DNA of 64,000 nt from Mayamaea pseudoterrestris (taxonomy: Eukaryota). The stretch spans positions 1 through 64,000 of the forward strand of contig BROI01000016.1 in assembly GCA_027923505.1 (NCBI GenBank). Reading direction: 5' to 3'. This document shows, piece after piece, positions 22,799-34,713 of the stretch. The translations under genes and the position numbers were made by a program. A model generated the notes under the pieces. The model made no database searches. It was not told where the DNA came from and saw nothing but the letters and a program-made list of their open reading frames with translations. The first letter of the stretch is position 1. Each line of letters starts with the position of its first letter.

Positions 22799-25067
22799 AT
22801 GGTAGACGTTACATAAGAAATATTTGTTGCGTTTATCTGCGTATTCCTGTCCGCTTTAGTAAAAGTAGTACTGCGTCGCTTCCAAAAAGCAGCGAGTAAA
22901 CACTGTCTCATCAGAGTCGCTTGGAACATCACGTTCGCGAAACAATCCATGCAGCTGCCCATGGAACGGCTAGAACCCGCCTTCAAGATTGGATTCGACA
23001 AGTATAAGCAACACCTCCGCCGAAAAACTGTGCGCCAAATATGCCAAACCGATAGTCTGTTTGAGACACGCGACATTCCACATCTTCACGCTAAAGCGTT
23101 TACTAAACCTCTTACCAGCAAACAAACTAACGAATAGGCGCGAGCACGTATTCGACGGCTGACTTGTCCCTTTTCCATTCGATTGACCGCCTGCCTTACG
23201 CATCATCGACGAACAAACTGGCCAGCTTTCATGTTCTATCGACAAATCAGCTTCGTGTAAGCAGCTGAACGCGCAGTTGTCTCATTTCGTTACTGTCTGA
23301 CTGCTTACACCCAACGCACTGACTAGTGAACTCGAGCAAGTCATGGCGAAATCATTCGCTCGAGGGATACAAGCCGGCTATTATTCATCCCAAAGCAAAA
23401 GATATGGGCCATTCACGCGGCAGTCATGCGTTAAATTTTAAGCCGCCTATTGCCAACTGGTAGATAAAATTATCGATCTCAATACGTCGGAAGCCAAGTG
23501 GATCGACGCTTGACTTAAGCATCGTCTTTTCGAAACCAGCCTGGACAGTCTCGTCCGTTCCAAAAACTATGCTGATGAGCACGCCGACTAAAGGTTGCGT
23601 GGAGGAGAGCATCCTGCGTCGTGAGAGGAAGAGACTGCGACTTGCCAAGCTTTGACAGTTGGTGGATCAATCACAGATGAGCTTGCATTGCCAAACGTTT
23701 GGCCCAGCAATGTCATGTAACATCTCCTTGCTCTTGCATGTCCCTACTCGTTACATCCAGCATCAGAGTATTGCCGCCAATGTGAATTGCTACGATCGCG
23801 CCTTATTCCTTCCTTGCAACGGGCACACGACAAGAGGAAGCGTAATATTCGCAACGATAGCCCGATATTCCTCAATGTACCCGCTTTGGTCAAGCGCGTG
23901 AAACTCACTTTCTGCTCGACTGCGTCGTACAGCATTCGTCACGTTGTACAAGTGCTCAGCAGGCGTGCTACCATGCTGGAATCATTTTGTCATCCAAGTA
24001 TGTATGATACTGCAATGAGAAAATGCAGTCGTCGCCCCTCCGCTAGCGACTGTCATAATCGCGGTTCGTTGCCCGCGGAAACGTGGCAGCACGGCCAATC
24101 CATGCGCGTGCACTCTGACAGTGTACACGTATTTATTAAATGACGTGTCTAAAGCAGGGAGTTTTGTGTTGTATCGCCGTTCACACCAGTGTGATTATGC
24201 ATAACATCAGGTAGGCCTCCTTGTTGTAGCATGGTAAGTACAGCGGTCTCGTTGTCAAACTGTTCTTTCGATTGGCAAAAACCATGATAGCTTGGTAAAA
24301 ATTTGGTACCGCTGCCATGGTCGTTGTGAATTGTCGTGTGTATCATTGCAATCAGCCAAGTGCGAGTGTGGTAAGAAGAGAAGAAGAGGGGCAACAAGGC
24401 AACGATGCTGCTACTCGTCAATCCTGCCACCATAATAAGGTGCATGCAGGTGTACGGAATCGTTCGTTTTGATTTGTTCGTAGCATCTAGTCACCATGCA
24501 ATATGATCCATAGTGAATTGTTGATGCTGCTGCTGATAAGTATCCATTGAAAACATGGTGCTGCGAACCTTCCTTCTGCTCTCGTTACGTCGTCGCTTCA
24601 ACGCATACAAGTTACCAAATAGCATCACTGAGTGGCATGCTGCCTCTGTTGCAAATCAAGCTGAACGGTATATAAAGGCATGAGCCGACTGCAAAATTTG
24701 GCAATGATCAAGCAAGCATCTCATCGTTGATCGTCGCAATCGCAGCCTCAATTTTGCTGCAGTTAAATGAGCCCATTAGCATTTCGAGTCGTCACGATCA
24801 AACAGTGTAGTCGACTCGTCTATTGCTTGCGTATCCAAATGGCCGCCGCCGCCGCAAGTCGCAGGCTGCTGGTCCATGCATGGCGTGTTCATTTTTGTTG
24901 GCATGCAGCGCAATTGTGACGTTTCATCGAGTACCGCAACGACAAGATGCTTCATCGCGGCAGCAAGCAGCATGCATCACATAAAGCGCAGCATCAAGTC
25001 CGCTCCATTTTATATTTCTGTCCATACTCCTTGACCTACTGCTACTAAATATACTTACTATCATCGC

Positions 25068-27155
25068 ATGACTACATTTCTGTCATCGCTCGAGCCATGG
25101 ATCGCCAACGTGGTTTCGGACGTTGCCCTGTTTGGAGTCGCTCCGACCGAGGCTCGCATGGGGCAGGTGATTGGCCTACGACGAGATGATCATAATGCAG
25201 TGACTGCAAATAACAATGCAAATAACATTGCAGCAAGTAACACAGATGAAGACTACTCGTTGTCAAATAAAAATTTTACGAGCGATACTGGACTCGATAA
25301 AAATGATGATGCAACTGCCATTGTAAAGCGCGCAAAAACAAAAGCAGCTGCAACGACAATATTCATGATTCTCTCCGACACGCGCACCAAAATTCCTCTC
25401 CAGGTCGTACTGCAAGATGACAATTCAGAGTCAAGCAGCAGCAATCATCTTCACTTGGAGCTGCTATCCGTCGGTTCCATTGTGCGCGTCGGTGGACTAT
25501 CCGTCACGACGGTAGCCGACGTCTCCAGCGGCGACAATAACACTAGCTATAATGCCGTTGCCGCCGCCAGGAGCCAGCACTTGTTCAGTTTGCGCGCCTC
25601 CCAGCTGCTCGTACTTTCGGATCATTCCACGGGCATTGTGGGAGATCCAGTCGATGTCATGCTAACGACCAGGGTGAAGCAAGCCATGGCGTATTTACAG
25701 AATAGACGAGACGAATGCAATAATATGGAGACGAGGCGAAATGACAATCAGCAGGCGAAATCGCGAGCATCTTTTTCGTTGCAACAGCATTTAAGGAAAC
25801 AAGTGCCGCTTGGTAATTTGCAAAATATCGTTGTCGCTGCTGCAAGTGAGGATGACGACCAAGGGAGCAGCAGCAGCAACAACAACGACAAGACTTGCCA
25901 CTGGAACGACTTTTATCAAGCCGCAATGGTGCAGCTGCACATTACATCCATGCATGCAGCGCCAATAATAGTGGCAGGTGAAGGAGATGGAAACGACGAA
26001 GGCGAACTACCGGTAGTTGAGGAAACGGCAGCAGCGGCAACGCAATTGACAGAGTCGACTGTCGCCAGCGCCTTGACTGACTTGCACCAGCAGCAGCGAA
26101 CCAATGGAAGCGTTCCATCTAGTCCAATTGCTGTTGATTTGCTAGAGAAATCGACAAAAGTGGACGCAAATATAACGCAAACGGATCTCATAGACGCAAA
26201 AGAGGAGGTCACAGCAATGATTGACCATGATCGTTTGCAGCAGCCGCAAGAGTCAATGACTTCCGTCATGGAGATAGAGCAGATACCTCGGGAGCATGTC
26301 GATGAAGACGAAGAAGTAGAAGAAGCACTGGAGACGCAGCAATCAACCGCCGACGAAATACTATCGGAAGAGCCTATAGCGAAAGCAGCAGCAGTCAATT
26401 TGCCGCAGACGGAAGCTGCGAAGGACAATGGGTTGGAGTCGCAACCAGAAGCAGAGGCGAGAGTCTACTCGCCCACCAACATCAGCCGCGGCAAGCAACT
26501 CAAGCGGTTATCTATGCAGTACGAGCGACAGCAACAAGAGCATCGTGACGCATCCATGAGTAGCGACGTTGGTGATGAAGAAGATGATGACGATAACATG
26601 GGAATTACGAAAATGCTTGTGGAGCAGTCACCTCAGCAACCAAACCAAAACACTGCACCGCAACGTTTTGGTCAACGGCTTTTGCAGAGGAGAACTATGC
26701 CAGTGCTCGCAGAGTCGACTATTACGACGACTGACGCGATGACTGAAAACGGCAACGATGATGATGTTGGCCTCAATCTGTTGACTGCGGTTCATCCTGC
26801 AGAGGAAGGTGGCTCGTCATTGACAGTTGCAGAACAGACTAATGCGATGGATGCATCGCACTCCGCGACGGCGAATGACGAGTTTACTGAATCCCCTGCA
26901 ACCAGCAATGGCAAAAAGCGCAAGCAATCAATTGATGAAAGTGTGTTGCTACGAAATGAAAACGTTAGTGACGATGAGATGCAGGATGAAACCGAGCTTG
27001 AAACACAGCAGCAGCATGTACAGTTTGTTTCCGAACCGCAGGCAATCGCCCCTACTATCTTACCTACCATTGATCGATGGCTTGGTCTCATGGGCAGTGC
27101 CGCGACTGAAGAAAAGCGCGACAAGCCCCGACTCCGCGACTTTTTGCAGCGCTAG
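25068..27155 (+). CDS. Hypothetical protein: N-terminal OB-fold-like (TPP1/Est3-like) domain + long acidic disordered region
   Basis: 695-aa intronless ORF with LEPWI...GQVI...MILSD...I...GSIVRV...FSL...GDPVDV. The ORF is secure but the family call is tentative. Confidence 0.65.
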   Translation: MTTFLSSLEPWIANVVSDVALFGVAPTEARMGQVIGLRRDDHNAVTANNNANNIAASNTDEDYSLSNKNFTSDTGLDKNDDATAIVKRAKTKAAATTIFMILSDTRTKIPLQVVLQDDNSESSSSNHLHLELLSVGSIVRVGGLSVTTVADVSSGDNNTSYNAVAAARSQHLFSLRASQLLVLSDHSTGIVGDPVDVMLTTRVKQAMAYLQNRRDECNNMETRRNDNQQAKSRASFSLQQHLRKQVPLGNLQNIVVAAASEDDDQGSSSSNNNDKTCHWNDFYQAAMVQLHITSMHAAPIIVAGEGDGNDEGELPVVEETAAAATQLTESTVASALTDLHQQQRTNGSVPSSPIAVDLLEKSTKVDANITQTDLIDAKEEVTAMIDHDRLQQPQESMTSVMEIEQIPREHVDEDEEVEEALETQQSTADEILSEEPIAKAAAVNLPQTEAAKDNGLESQPEAEARVYSPTNISRGKQLKRLSMQYERQQQEHRDASMSSDVGDEEDDDDNMGITKMLVEQSPQQPNQNTAPQRFGQRLLQRRTMPVLAESTITTTDAMTENGNDDDVGLNLLTAVHPAEEGGSSLTVAEQTNAMDASHSATANDEFTESPATSNGKKRKQSIDESVLLRNENVSDDEMQDETELETQQQHVQFVSEPQAIAPTILPTIDRWLGLMGSAATEEKRDKPRLRDFLQR

Positions 27156-28139
27156 TGCGCTAAACTGTGATTTGTCGACATTTGGTGCGGTCAACGGAGC
27201 TGCGTGTTGGGTGACTGCCTCTTTCAATTGGCTTTGTAATCTTATTTGCTCGTTCGAATCGCCGCCCATTGGTGAAAATGCTGGAGCTGACAATCAACAA
27301 TTTTTTTGTTGGCAAGTTTGAGCGGGTGCAGCTCAGTCGATGTTGGATTGGAATAAGAGTCTTGTTCTAGTCCCCAGGCGGTTGAAGTGGATGCTTTATG
27401 AGATCGCTATGTTCATTGACTCTCTTTCTGTCTGTCGGCATCTGCATGCGCATACTGTCATTGCGAGGTATACCGATACGCTTTGCGTTTTGAGAGCACT
27501 ATAACAAACTTGAGTGCATGCTTTGTCAAGCAGTTTGAGAACTTTACATGAATTACAGTAATTTGATTTCCTCTATGTCTCTGTGTGAGGAATCGAGCCT
27601 TCGAGCGTTTCGAAGCAGCACACTGCAGCAGCGCGTTTACGACGACAATTTGGTTACTGAGGTTGCGAACTGAGTTGAAAGAGGTGTATATGAGCTCCCA
27701 ACGCCGTGGGCAACGTGCGGGTCGAGTATGGCTCACCAGCATGAATAGCATTCATGGGCCCGCAGTGACGATATCGCTACTGAGTGTTAAAAGGCGACTT
27801 TAATAGTCGATGACCGTCTCCGTCATGCAATGACGGGTGTTTTGTGAGATGCTGTGAATGAGAAGTGCTGCTGCTCCTGCGTTCCATATTGCGGGGTGTC
27901 TTCCGCATCCTTCGACCATTCGCTAAGTCAAATTTATCGGCACCGTCCTCGACAGAGGGCCGCGACGAATAAATACGCGTACAATCACTAAAGAAATTAG
28001 AAGCAAAACAATAACAAAGTCAGGAATTGTTGTCAAGGAAGATTGCCATTTTGTCATGCGACTACACACTGATTCTCGCGCGAACCCTTCTTTAAAGGCG
28101 TTCACAAGCTCCAATAGAGACAACGAAAGTTCAAATATC

Positions 28140-29045
28140 ATGACGTCCATGCTATCTAGCGACTTGTTTGATCATGTATTGGACTTTTGCCATCGCATGG
28201 ATGTCAAAAGTTGCATGGCAATCAAGTTATTCTCCCAAGCTTTTCAGTTACACGCAAGCTATTGTACCGAACACGGCACGCGACTCGAGTCAGGTATCGT
28301 CTCGCCATGTATTGATTGTCGTATGAAGCATGAGAATTTATATCGCTGCGACTGGTGCGATGGATTCGCTCCCATCTACGAGCTCAACACGGGTAAATGC
28401 GGTGACACTGTTTGTGAATCCTGCACAGGTTCGCTGTCCTGTGATTCATGTGGAGATTGGACCCATGATGAGTGTTCAGGGTGTGACTGTGTCAGGATTC
28501 GCGAGGGTTGTCGAGTGGCACACTGCAGGCATTGCGCTTACGAGGCATGCAACGAATGCGCAAAAGCCTTCTTTTGCGAATATTGCGCCGACAATCATTA
28601 CATTCGGTGCACACGATGCTTAAAAATTTATTGCTGGCGCTGCATGAAGTTCGGGGATAAGGCTCTTTGCCAAGCATTCAATTCATTCTTCTGTACAGCT
28701 TGTGAAAGTGTTGCCAAGTGCGAGGACGGCCGCCTTCCTATTTGCTCCAATTGTCGCCATTGTTGCAGTGTATGTCACAAGACCTACTGCTATAAATGTA
28801 GGAAGTTTAAATTCTGCGACGACTGTGAGAAACCCCTTTGCGGCGAGTGTGCAAGGACAGCTTGCGTGGATCTCTGCTCGCTATGTCGACGTCGTTTTTC
28901 GTGCGACCAATGCAGTGGTATGAAGACCTGCGGTAAATGCGGCAGCCGGATGTGTAAAAGTTGTGGTACCTTCAAAAGCAGTGATGATGGCAATGGAGTT
29001 ATTTGTCGAAACTGCGCGAAAAAACGACGACGTCGCGGCGCATGA
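28140..29045 (+). CDS. Cys-rich CxxC-repeat (zinc-binding) protein with degenerate N-terminal F-box and C-terminal NLS
   Basis: MLSSDLFDHVLDFC..., more than 20 CxxC motifs, ends KKRRRRGA. Confidence 0.78.
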   Translation: MTSMLSSDLFDHVLDFCHRMDVKSCMAIKLFSQAFQLHASYCTEHGTRLESGIVSPCIDCRMKHENLYRCDWCDGFAPIYELNTGKCGDTVCESCTGSLSCDSCGDWTHDECSGCDCVRIREGCRVAHCRHCAYEACNECAKAFFCEYCADNHYIRCTRCLKIYCWRCMKFGDKALCQAFNSFFCTACESVAKCEDGRLPICSNCRHCCSVCHKTYCYKCRKFKFCDDCEKPLCGECARTACVDLCSLCRRRFSCDQCSGMKTCGKCGSRMCKSCGTFKSSDDGNGVICRNCAKKRRRRGA

Positions 29046-29352
29046 TGGGAGATGCGACTGAGAAAGATTGCTTCATTTGCATTTTTATTGATCTGTGCGA
29101 CTCTTTGCGCCGCAATTCACTATTCTGTGATATACCGGACGTATTCCACTTGTTTTTGTTTGATATTTCGGCTGCACGATGCCACAAAGTGGAGCAGAAG
29201 CACCTTGTCGCGACAGGCAAGTATGCCATTGTACATGTTAGACCTGATGTATGATAAACTACATTATTTTATATCTCATATACTATCAAGGCGTTTTGCC
29301 ACGACCCGCTGCATGGTTTGAACCTCATCGAATGAAGTTCATCCAATACCAT

Positions 29353-30249
29353 TCATTCATACTGCGTTCTACCATGTGGCATGGCGCCCCAGGCGCCTTC
29401 TTCAACCTGCAAGGTGCCAGGCTGCGACGAGGTAGGACTGAGATTGTCACCGACGCTCATGGCAGCATCGTCGCGCTCCACCGTCTTGCCCTTGGCGCCG
29501 CAGCAAAAAGGCTTGGGCTTTGGAGTGCAAACCATTATTGTCACGGCTATTCCATAAAGTACCATGGCAGCAATGTTAAAAATGGCGCCCTTGCTTAAAT
29601 TGCAGCCGCCATTCTCCGAACAAACTTGTGAATCAAGCACCAAAAAGACGAGACCCGAACATAAAATGGCCATGCCGTACGAAAGCGTCTCTAGTATTCG
29701 CGCACACTTGACGCGGAGACAGCAAGTCTCAAAAAAGACTAGCAAAAAGCCAACCCCGCCGCCAACAATGGCTAGTAGAATGCAAGCTTGCGCGACGCGA
29801 ATCTTGGTGCTTTCCTCGGATCGCCAAGCGTAGTCGACACAATCCTGCGAGGCTGAAAATGTTGCACCAGAAGCATCTTGAGCTGTAGTATCATTATTAA
29901 AGTTCGTTGCATTTAAATTAAAAGTCGCGTTCTGAAAGTCTTGCAATGTGCTAGACTGCAGCTTGAATAGACCAAACTCTCGCTCGCTATTGTCATCACT
30001 CGAAAACGAAACGAATCGACAGTCGAGCATGACAAAAATGACTTGAAAAGCGACCTGTGAAATGAATTAGTAACATGTAGTTTGTTAAGAGTAATGCGAG
30101 AGAAAGAAATACTTGTGGAGAGCCTTTTTGCAGTATGACTTTCAAGCAATCAGGTCATTTCGTTCCATCAAGAGAATGACACTTACAGCAGCACCAGTCG
30201 CAGCCAGGAGCACCAAGCGACATATGACTCCAAATTTATCCTCCACCAT
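29353..30249 (-). CDS. Claudin/PMP22-like four-TM protein 1; intron 30055-30186
   Basis: Spliced MVEDKFGVICRLVLLAATGAA|VAFQVIFVMLDC...FGLFK...CVDY, three further TM helices, CTPKPKP. Confidence 0.8.
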
Positions 30250-30725
30250 GTTGCTTTATAAGAATTACAAGTGTATTTGTTACTAAAGGAACGATTGAAT
30301 GAGAGAGTGAATGTGATGTGAGTTGACGGAAGAACAAAACTGGACCGTTGAGGCGAGGACGATGGCGCGCGCTTTGCACGAGTCGACTTCAACTTGTGTG
30401 TGTCGTAAAAGAACCGCTCCGACACCGGTAGCTAGCTATGTATTGATGGCCTTTGCAACGAGTACCAATGGAGATAACTCCCTTGACCAGTACGGTATGT
30501 AAGGAGGCTCTGGCTTATTATATATACCTGTTATATCCTATAGTAATACAGCAAAAAATATACCGGTAGGCAGCAAGTATTTAAACATCAATGATGCTAC
30601 CGTATTGATACTTTGCACACGCGACACACTACACCAGAACCCTTCCGTCCCCAAGTCACTAAACTATATTATACACACCGACCATACAACATACAAAATC
30701 CCCTCATTCATCTTCGCCAAAGGCA

Positions 30726-32737
30726 CTATGTCCAATCGTGTCGTGACTCACGACGCTCCGCTGATCCAGACGCACCCATGCTCATGAGCTGCACGACATA
30801 GATTGGCGGCCCATCGGCATCGTCACTGTCGGCAATGGCAGCAGCATGGCCTGGTTCAACAACCAATGGACTCGAATTGTTCGCCACCCCATCGACAAGG
30901 GCAATGTCGCTGTCCACAGTGCCAGCGTCGTCGAAACGTTGCGGCTGTGCGTTTAATGCAACATACGGCGCGGACTCTTCATTCTTCAAACTTCCAGTTG
31001 GTGAAACATATGGAGACTTGGACCCTTCATATTTAGAGCTTTCCGTGACATAAGGAGACATGGAACTAGAGCGCTCATGTTCCATTGCCAAAGGCAGTGT
31101 CGGATTCACGCGCTCGTTCGTATACGAGCCACCACCTGGACGAGCCGCAACCCCTGAACTGACTGATTGGTCCAGGTATTCGTGCGAGTCTGACCACCGA
31201 TCCTTGCTTAAAACTGAGTTTGTTGGACTGGACGCACTATTGCCGTCCGTTCCCATGGCATGTTGCTCACTCATCTCTGGCAGCAATGGAGCGACAGTTC
31301 CGCTCACACTATTTTGCGGACTCGTGGCCGACGTTGACGTGCTGGCGGTTTCGTCTTCTGCTTCCATGACAGCTGACATGGATGGTCTCTTGTGCATGGC
31401 TTCTCGAGGTGTAATTACAGTAGGTGGCGGCATTGCGGCAGCTTCTTGCATCTCTGGAGCATGACGCAGTCGAGGTTCTTGCCGCAAGTTACCTCCATTA
31501 TGAGTAACCGATCCTGGTGGCCCATCATTTTGACCCATGACGGCATCTGACGGTGATTTTCTGCATGACATGCCAGGACTCGTATTCACACTCATGAAAT
31601 CGGTAATGGTCATGTTTTCGTCTTCCAATTCTCGCATAAATTCCGACGGAGTCCGATCAATTCTACGCATACTATCCTGCAGTCTCGGGTCCACGGTCAA
31701 TCCATCAGCCAAACTGGCGTTGCCATCTTGCACTTCAATCATGTCGACGGGCGGCGGCGGTCCATTATGCTGACTAAAGACGCTGCGATCTTGCTTAGTT
31801 TCTAAAGACATAATGCCGCCAAGACTGACCGTTTCCTCGTCCATTTCTCTGACAATAGCGGAAGGTGTTCTACGAATGCGCCGCTGGCGACTGCGTCTCC
31901 TTGAAGGCACTCCAACCGTCATCAAGTCGTCCGTCGCCGTAGCATTCGTCCCTTCCTTGTGTTTATCGTCGTCGTCATTGTATTGTAAAGTACCAGGGCA
32001 GCATAATTGACGAAAAACTGGCCTCGGTTTTGGCGTGCAGCACATGATCAAGCCGGCAAATGCGTAAAGCACCATGGCGGCAATATTGGCCGCTCCATTG
32101 GATCCAATCACACAGCCATCGTCCGTCTCCTCGCAAGCATCCGACTTGATCACAAGAAAAACAAGCCCGGAAAAGAGTACAGCCATTGTTATGCACAAAA
32201 CATCCAAAATGGATGAGCCAGGTACTCGCTGACAAGTCGTTTCCAAAAATACGAGCAAGAAGCAAAGGCCGCCTCCGATGACGGCGAGCAACACGCTCCA
32301 CTGCGCGACGCGAATGAAACCGCCGCCGTCGCTTCCAAGCCAGTCGTAGCCGACGCAGTCCGCTGAGCCTCCGTATAGCATGCGTCCATTGTAATTGTTG
32401 TAGCGTTGGTTGTTGTTATTGCTATTTCGATCGTTGTTGTTACTGCTGCGGCCTCGACTGCTGCGCGCAGATTCTTGTAGCTTGAACAAGCCAAAACCTT
32501 GCTCTTCATTATTGTCCGTATAAGAAACCAAATGACAGTCGAGCATGACATACATGACTTGCACAATGACCTGCGATGGAAGAGCTGAAGGTGTCAGAAA
32601 AGGTCAACATACATCATGCTCGTTCCTTCGCCGGATCGCTCATCCATCGGCCGTTACACTCGATGCTTGGCACTTACCGCAACGGCGACCGCCGCCAGAA
32701 TCATGAAGCGGCATAGGATACCAAACTTGTCCTTCAT
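30726..32737 (-). CDS. Claudin/PMP22-like four-TM protein 2 with long disordered cytosolic tail; intron 32571-32677
   Basis: MKDKFGILCRFMILAAVAVA|VIVQVMYVMLDC...FGLFK...CVGY...CCTPKPRP. Same intron position as paralogue 1. Confidence 0.82.
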
Positions 32738-33121
32738 GTTTGTATTCAATATTTTCTGTTGTATTGAACGACGATGGTTGTGCCGAAGTTGGACGGAGGA
32801 AAGAATCGCAATGTGCGCCAACCAAGATGATGAAGGAGTTTCTTCGAACGAAGAAGTGACGCGCAACGAACGCAACACGAGTCACAGTTGGGCGTGCCGC
32901 GCGCCTTCGGGGTATCCTTTAAGATCTTCTTCAGCAATGAATAGTGCCGTGTTGAAGCGTTAAATTAGCGTTGCTGGCGTCTCGCCGAACTGCATCAGTG
33001 CCGGACCGACAAATCTGCTAGTACCAGCTCTCACGTAGAACCTACGTGCAAGACCCGGAGAGCATTCATCGCCCACACGCTTTGGATCGGCAGTTCGACA
33101 AACCAAGCAACAAAAACGACC

Positions 33122-34038
33122 ATGACGGGTGAAGCGGTGGTTGCCGGTTACGAAACCTGCCCCTCGTGGGCGCCAGTGTTGTGAGTAGACATAGAAAGGA
33201 GAATAGAGATTGTAGTCGGCTGCTTGACTGTTGAGGCAGCTTGAGCCAAAGCTATTTTTGACTCGATCGAGCAGCATGACAATGGCATTGCTTACGCATG
33301 GACTACGGAAGTATCAAGAAAACCTTCTTCTCACCATTACAACTCGCTTTCCCTTCTGCAGAGGATTCCTTGGAGCATCATTATGTATAATTCTTTCCAA
33401 TTGGGGAGCTGCGTAAGTTCATGTCCACGCTTGTTGGAGGCAGTCATCAGCGACGAAAGTCGAGTCTCTCGCCTTTGACATGCCGAACCCCAACAAATCA
33501 CTCACATACCCATTAATTCAACCTACATCACTACAGCTGGGGCACTTGGAAATGCGGACTCGGCCTATGCCAAATGGGAGTCAAATATTCCGGCGGCATT
33601 ATTAAGAATTTGGTTGGAATTATCATGGCTGGTGTCTTGGGCATTTACGGACTCATCGTCGCCATTGTCATTTCCGGAGCCATTAACAGTCCCAACAAGG
33701 ATAATGCGACAAACATGTACTCGCAGTATACTGGATGGGCCCATTTAGCAGCAGGACTGTGCTGCGGCTTGTGCAACTTGGCGGCAGGTGGAGCAACTGG
33801 CATTGCCGGCGAGGTTGGCATTCTGGCGACTGGACTGCGAGCGGAATTGAACCATGCGCGAGCCAACAAAATGACGGGTCTTTCGGGAGGCGAAATTACC
33901 GATGAAGGTGATGCTGGCAAGCTGTATATTGGATCTGTCACGATTCTCAGTTTCAGTGGAGCGATTGGCTTGTATGGATTCATTCTGGCGCTCATTATCA
34001 CTTCCTCCAATGACTATCCTTGCGATTTCGCGCAGTAA
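33122..34038 (+). CDS. V-ATPase 16-kDa proteolipid (subunit c)-like, divergent; introns 33181-33361 and 33413-33536
   Basis: CPSWAPVLGFLGA...GAAWGT...IIMAGVLGIYGLIVA...HLAAGLCCGL...AIGLYG. Confidence 0.88.
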
Positions 34039-34713
34039 TGAAAGACGACGGTCATTATTCAGCAGTTGTTATTCTTCTGCTTGCGTGCATTTTGGCAACG
34101 GCAGCAGGTCTTGTTATTTCTGGCGAAGACATTGCTGCAAACGAAATAGTCTCATATTCTGCTCACTTCTAGATATTTTCACTATTCCACTACTCTGAAT
34201 TATAGACTTTGCTTCGTACATCGACAATAGAGTTCGTCGTTTGCACAAGTATCTATTTTGCCTTGTGCGAGCAAAGGCGTGGCCGTCGGCTCGGAATAGG
34301 TGCGAGCGAACTACGTCAGTCGGCGGCGCTCGATGAAAGAGATTGGCATTTGTGGTCGACAAACTACAATGCCATCTGTAACGCAATGTTCTAACAGCTT
34401 GTTTAACTGTAAGTTCGTAAACTTGCAGGCTGCAAAGGTGCAGCATTCGATGACATAACTCGCTTGAAAGGCACAATGGCATCGAGCTGCGTACCGGTAG
34501 CAGTAAGTGAGGTCTGGAATGTATAAGGTAGTTTTGCTTCTAAAGTTTTTCTTATAGAAGCCTTTGATGCGTTATTGCGCTAGGCTTGGCTCTTAGCTCT
34601 CCATGGGTACTCCCGTCGCATGGGTTAGCTAAACTTGTCGCACCGGTCAAATCGCATTGGCCTCCTTGGCGCGCCTCGTCACGATCTCGCACAATCCTGC
34701 AGCATCGTTCACC

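Noticed and set aside
22949..23137. AFTKPL resembling the Copia RNase H ADxxTKPL motif
   Set aside because: No flanking RT/RNase H similarity or LTR was seen, so it is likely chance.
22800..25060. Short ORFs in the 2.2-kb intergenic gap
   Set aside because: No recognisable motifs, codon bias or coherent splice model. A decayed gene or lncRNA cannot be excluded.
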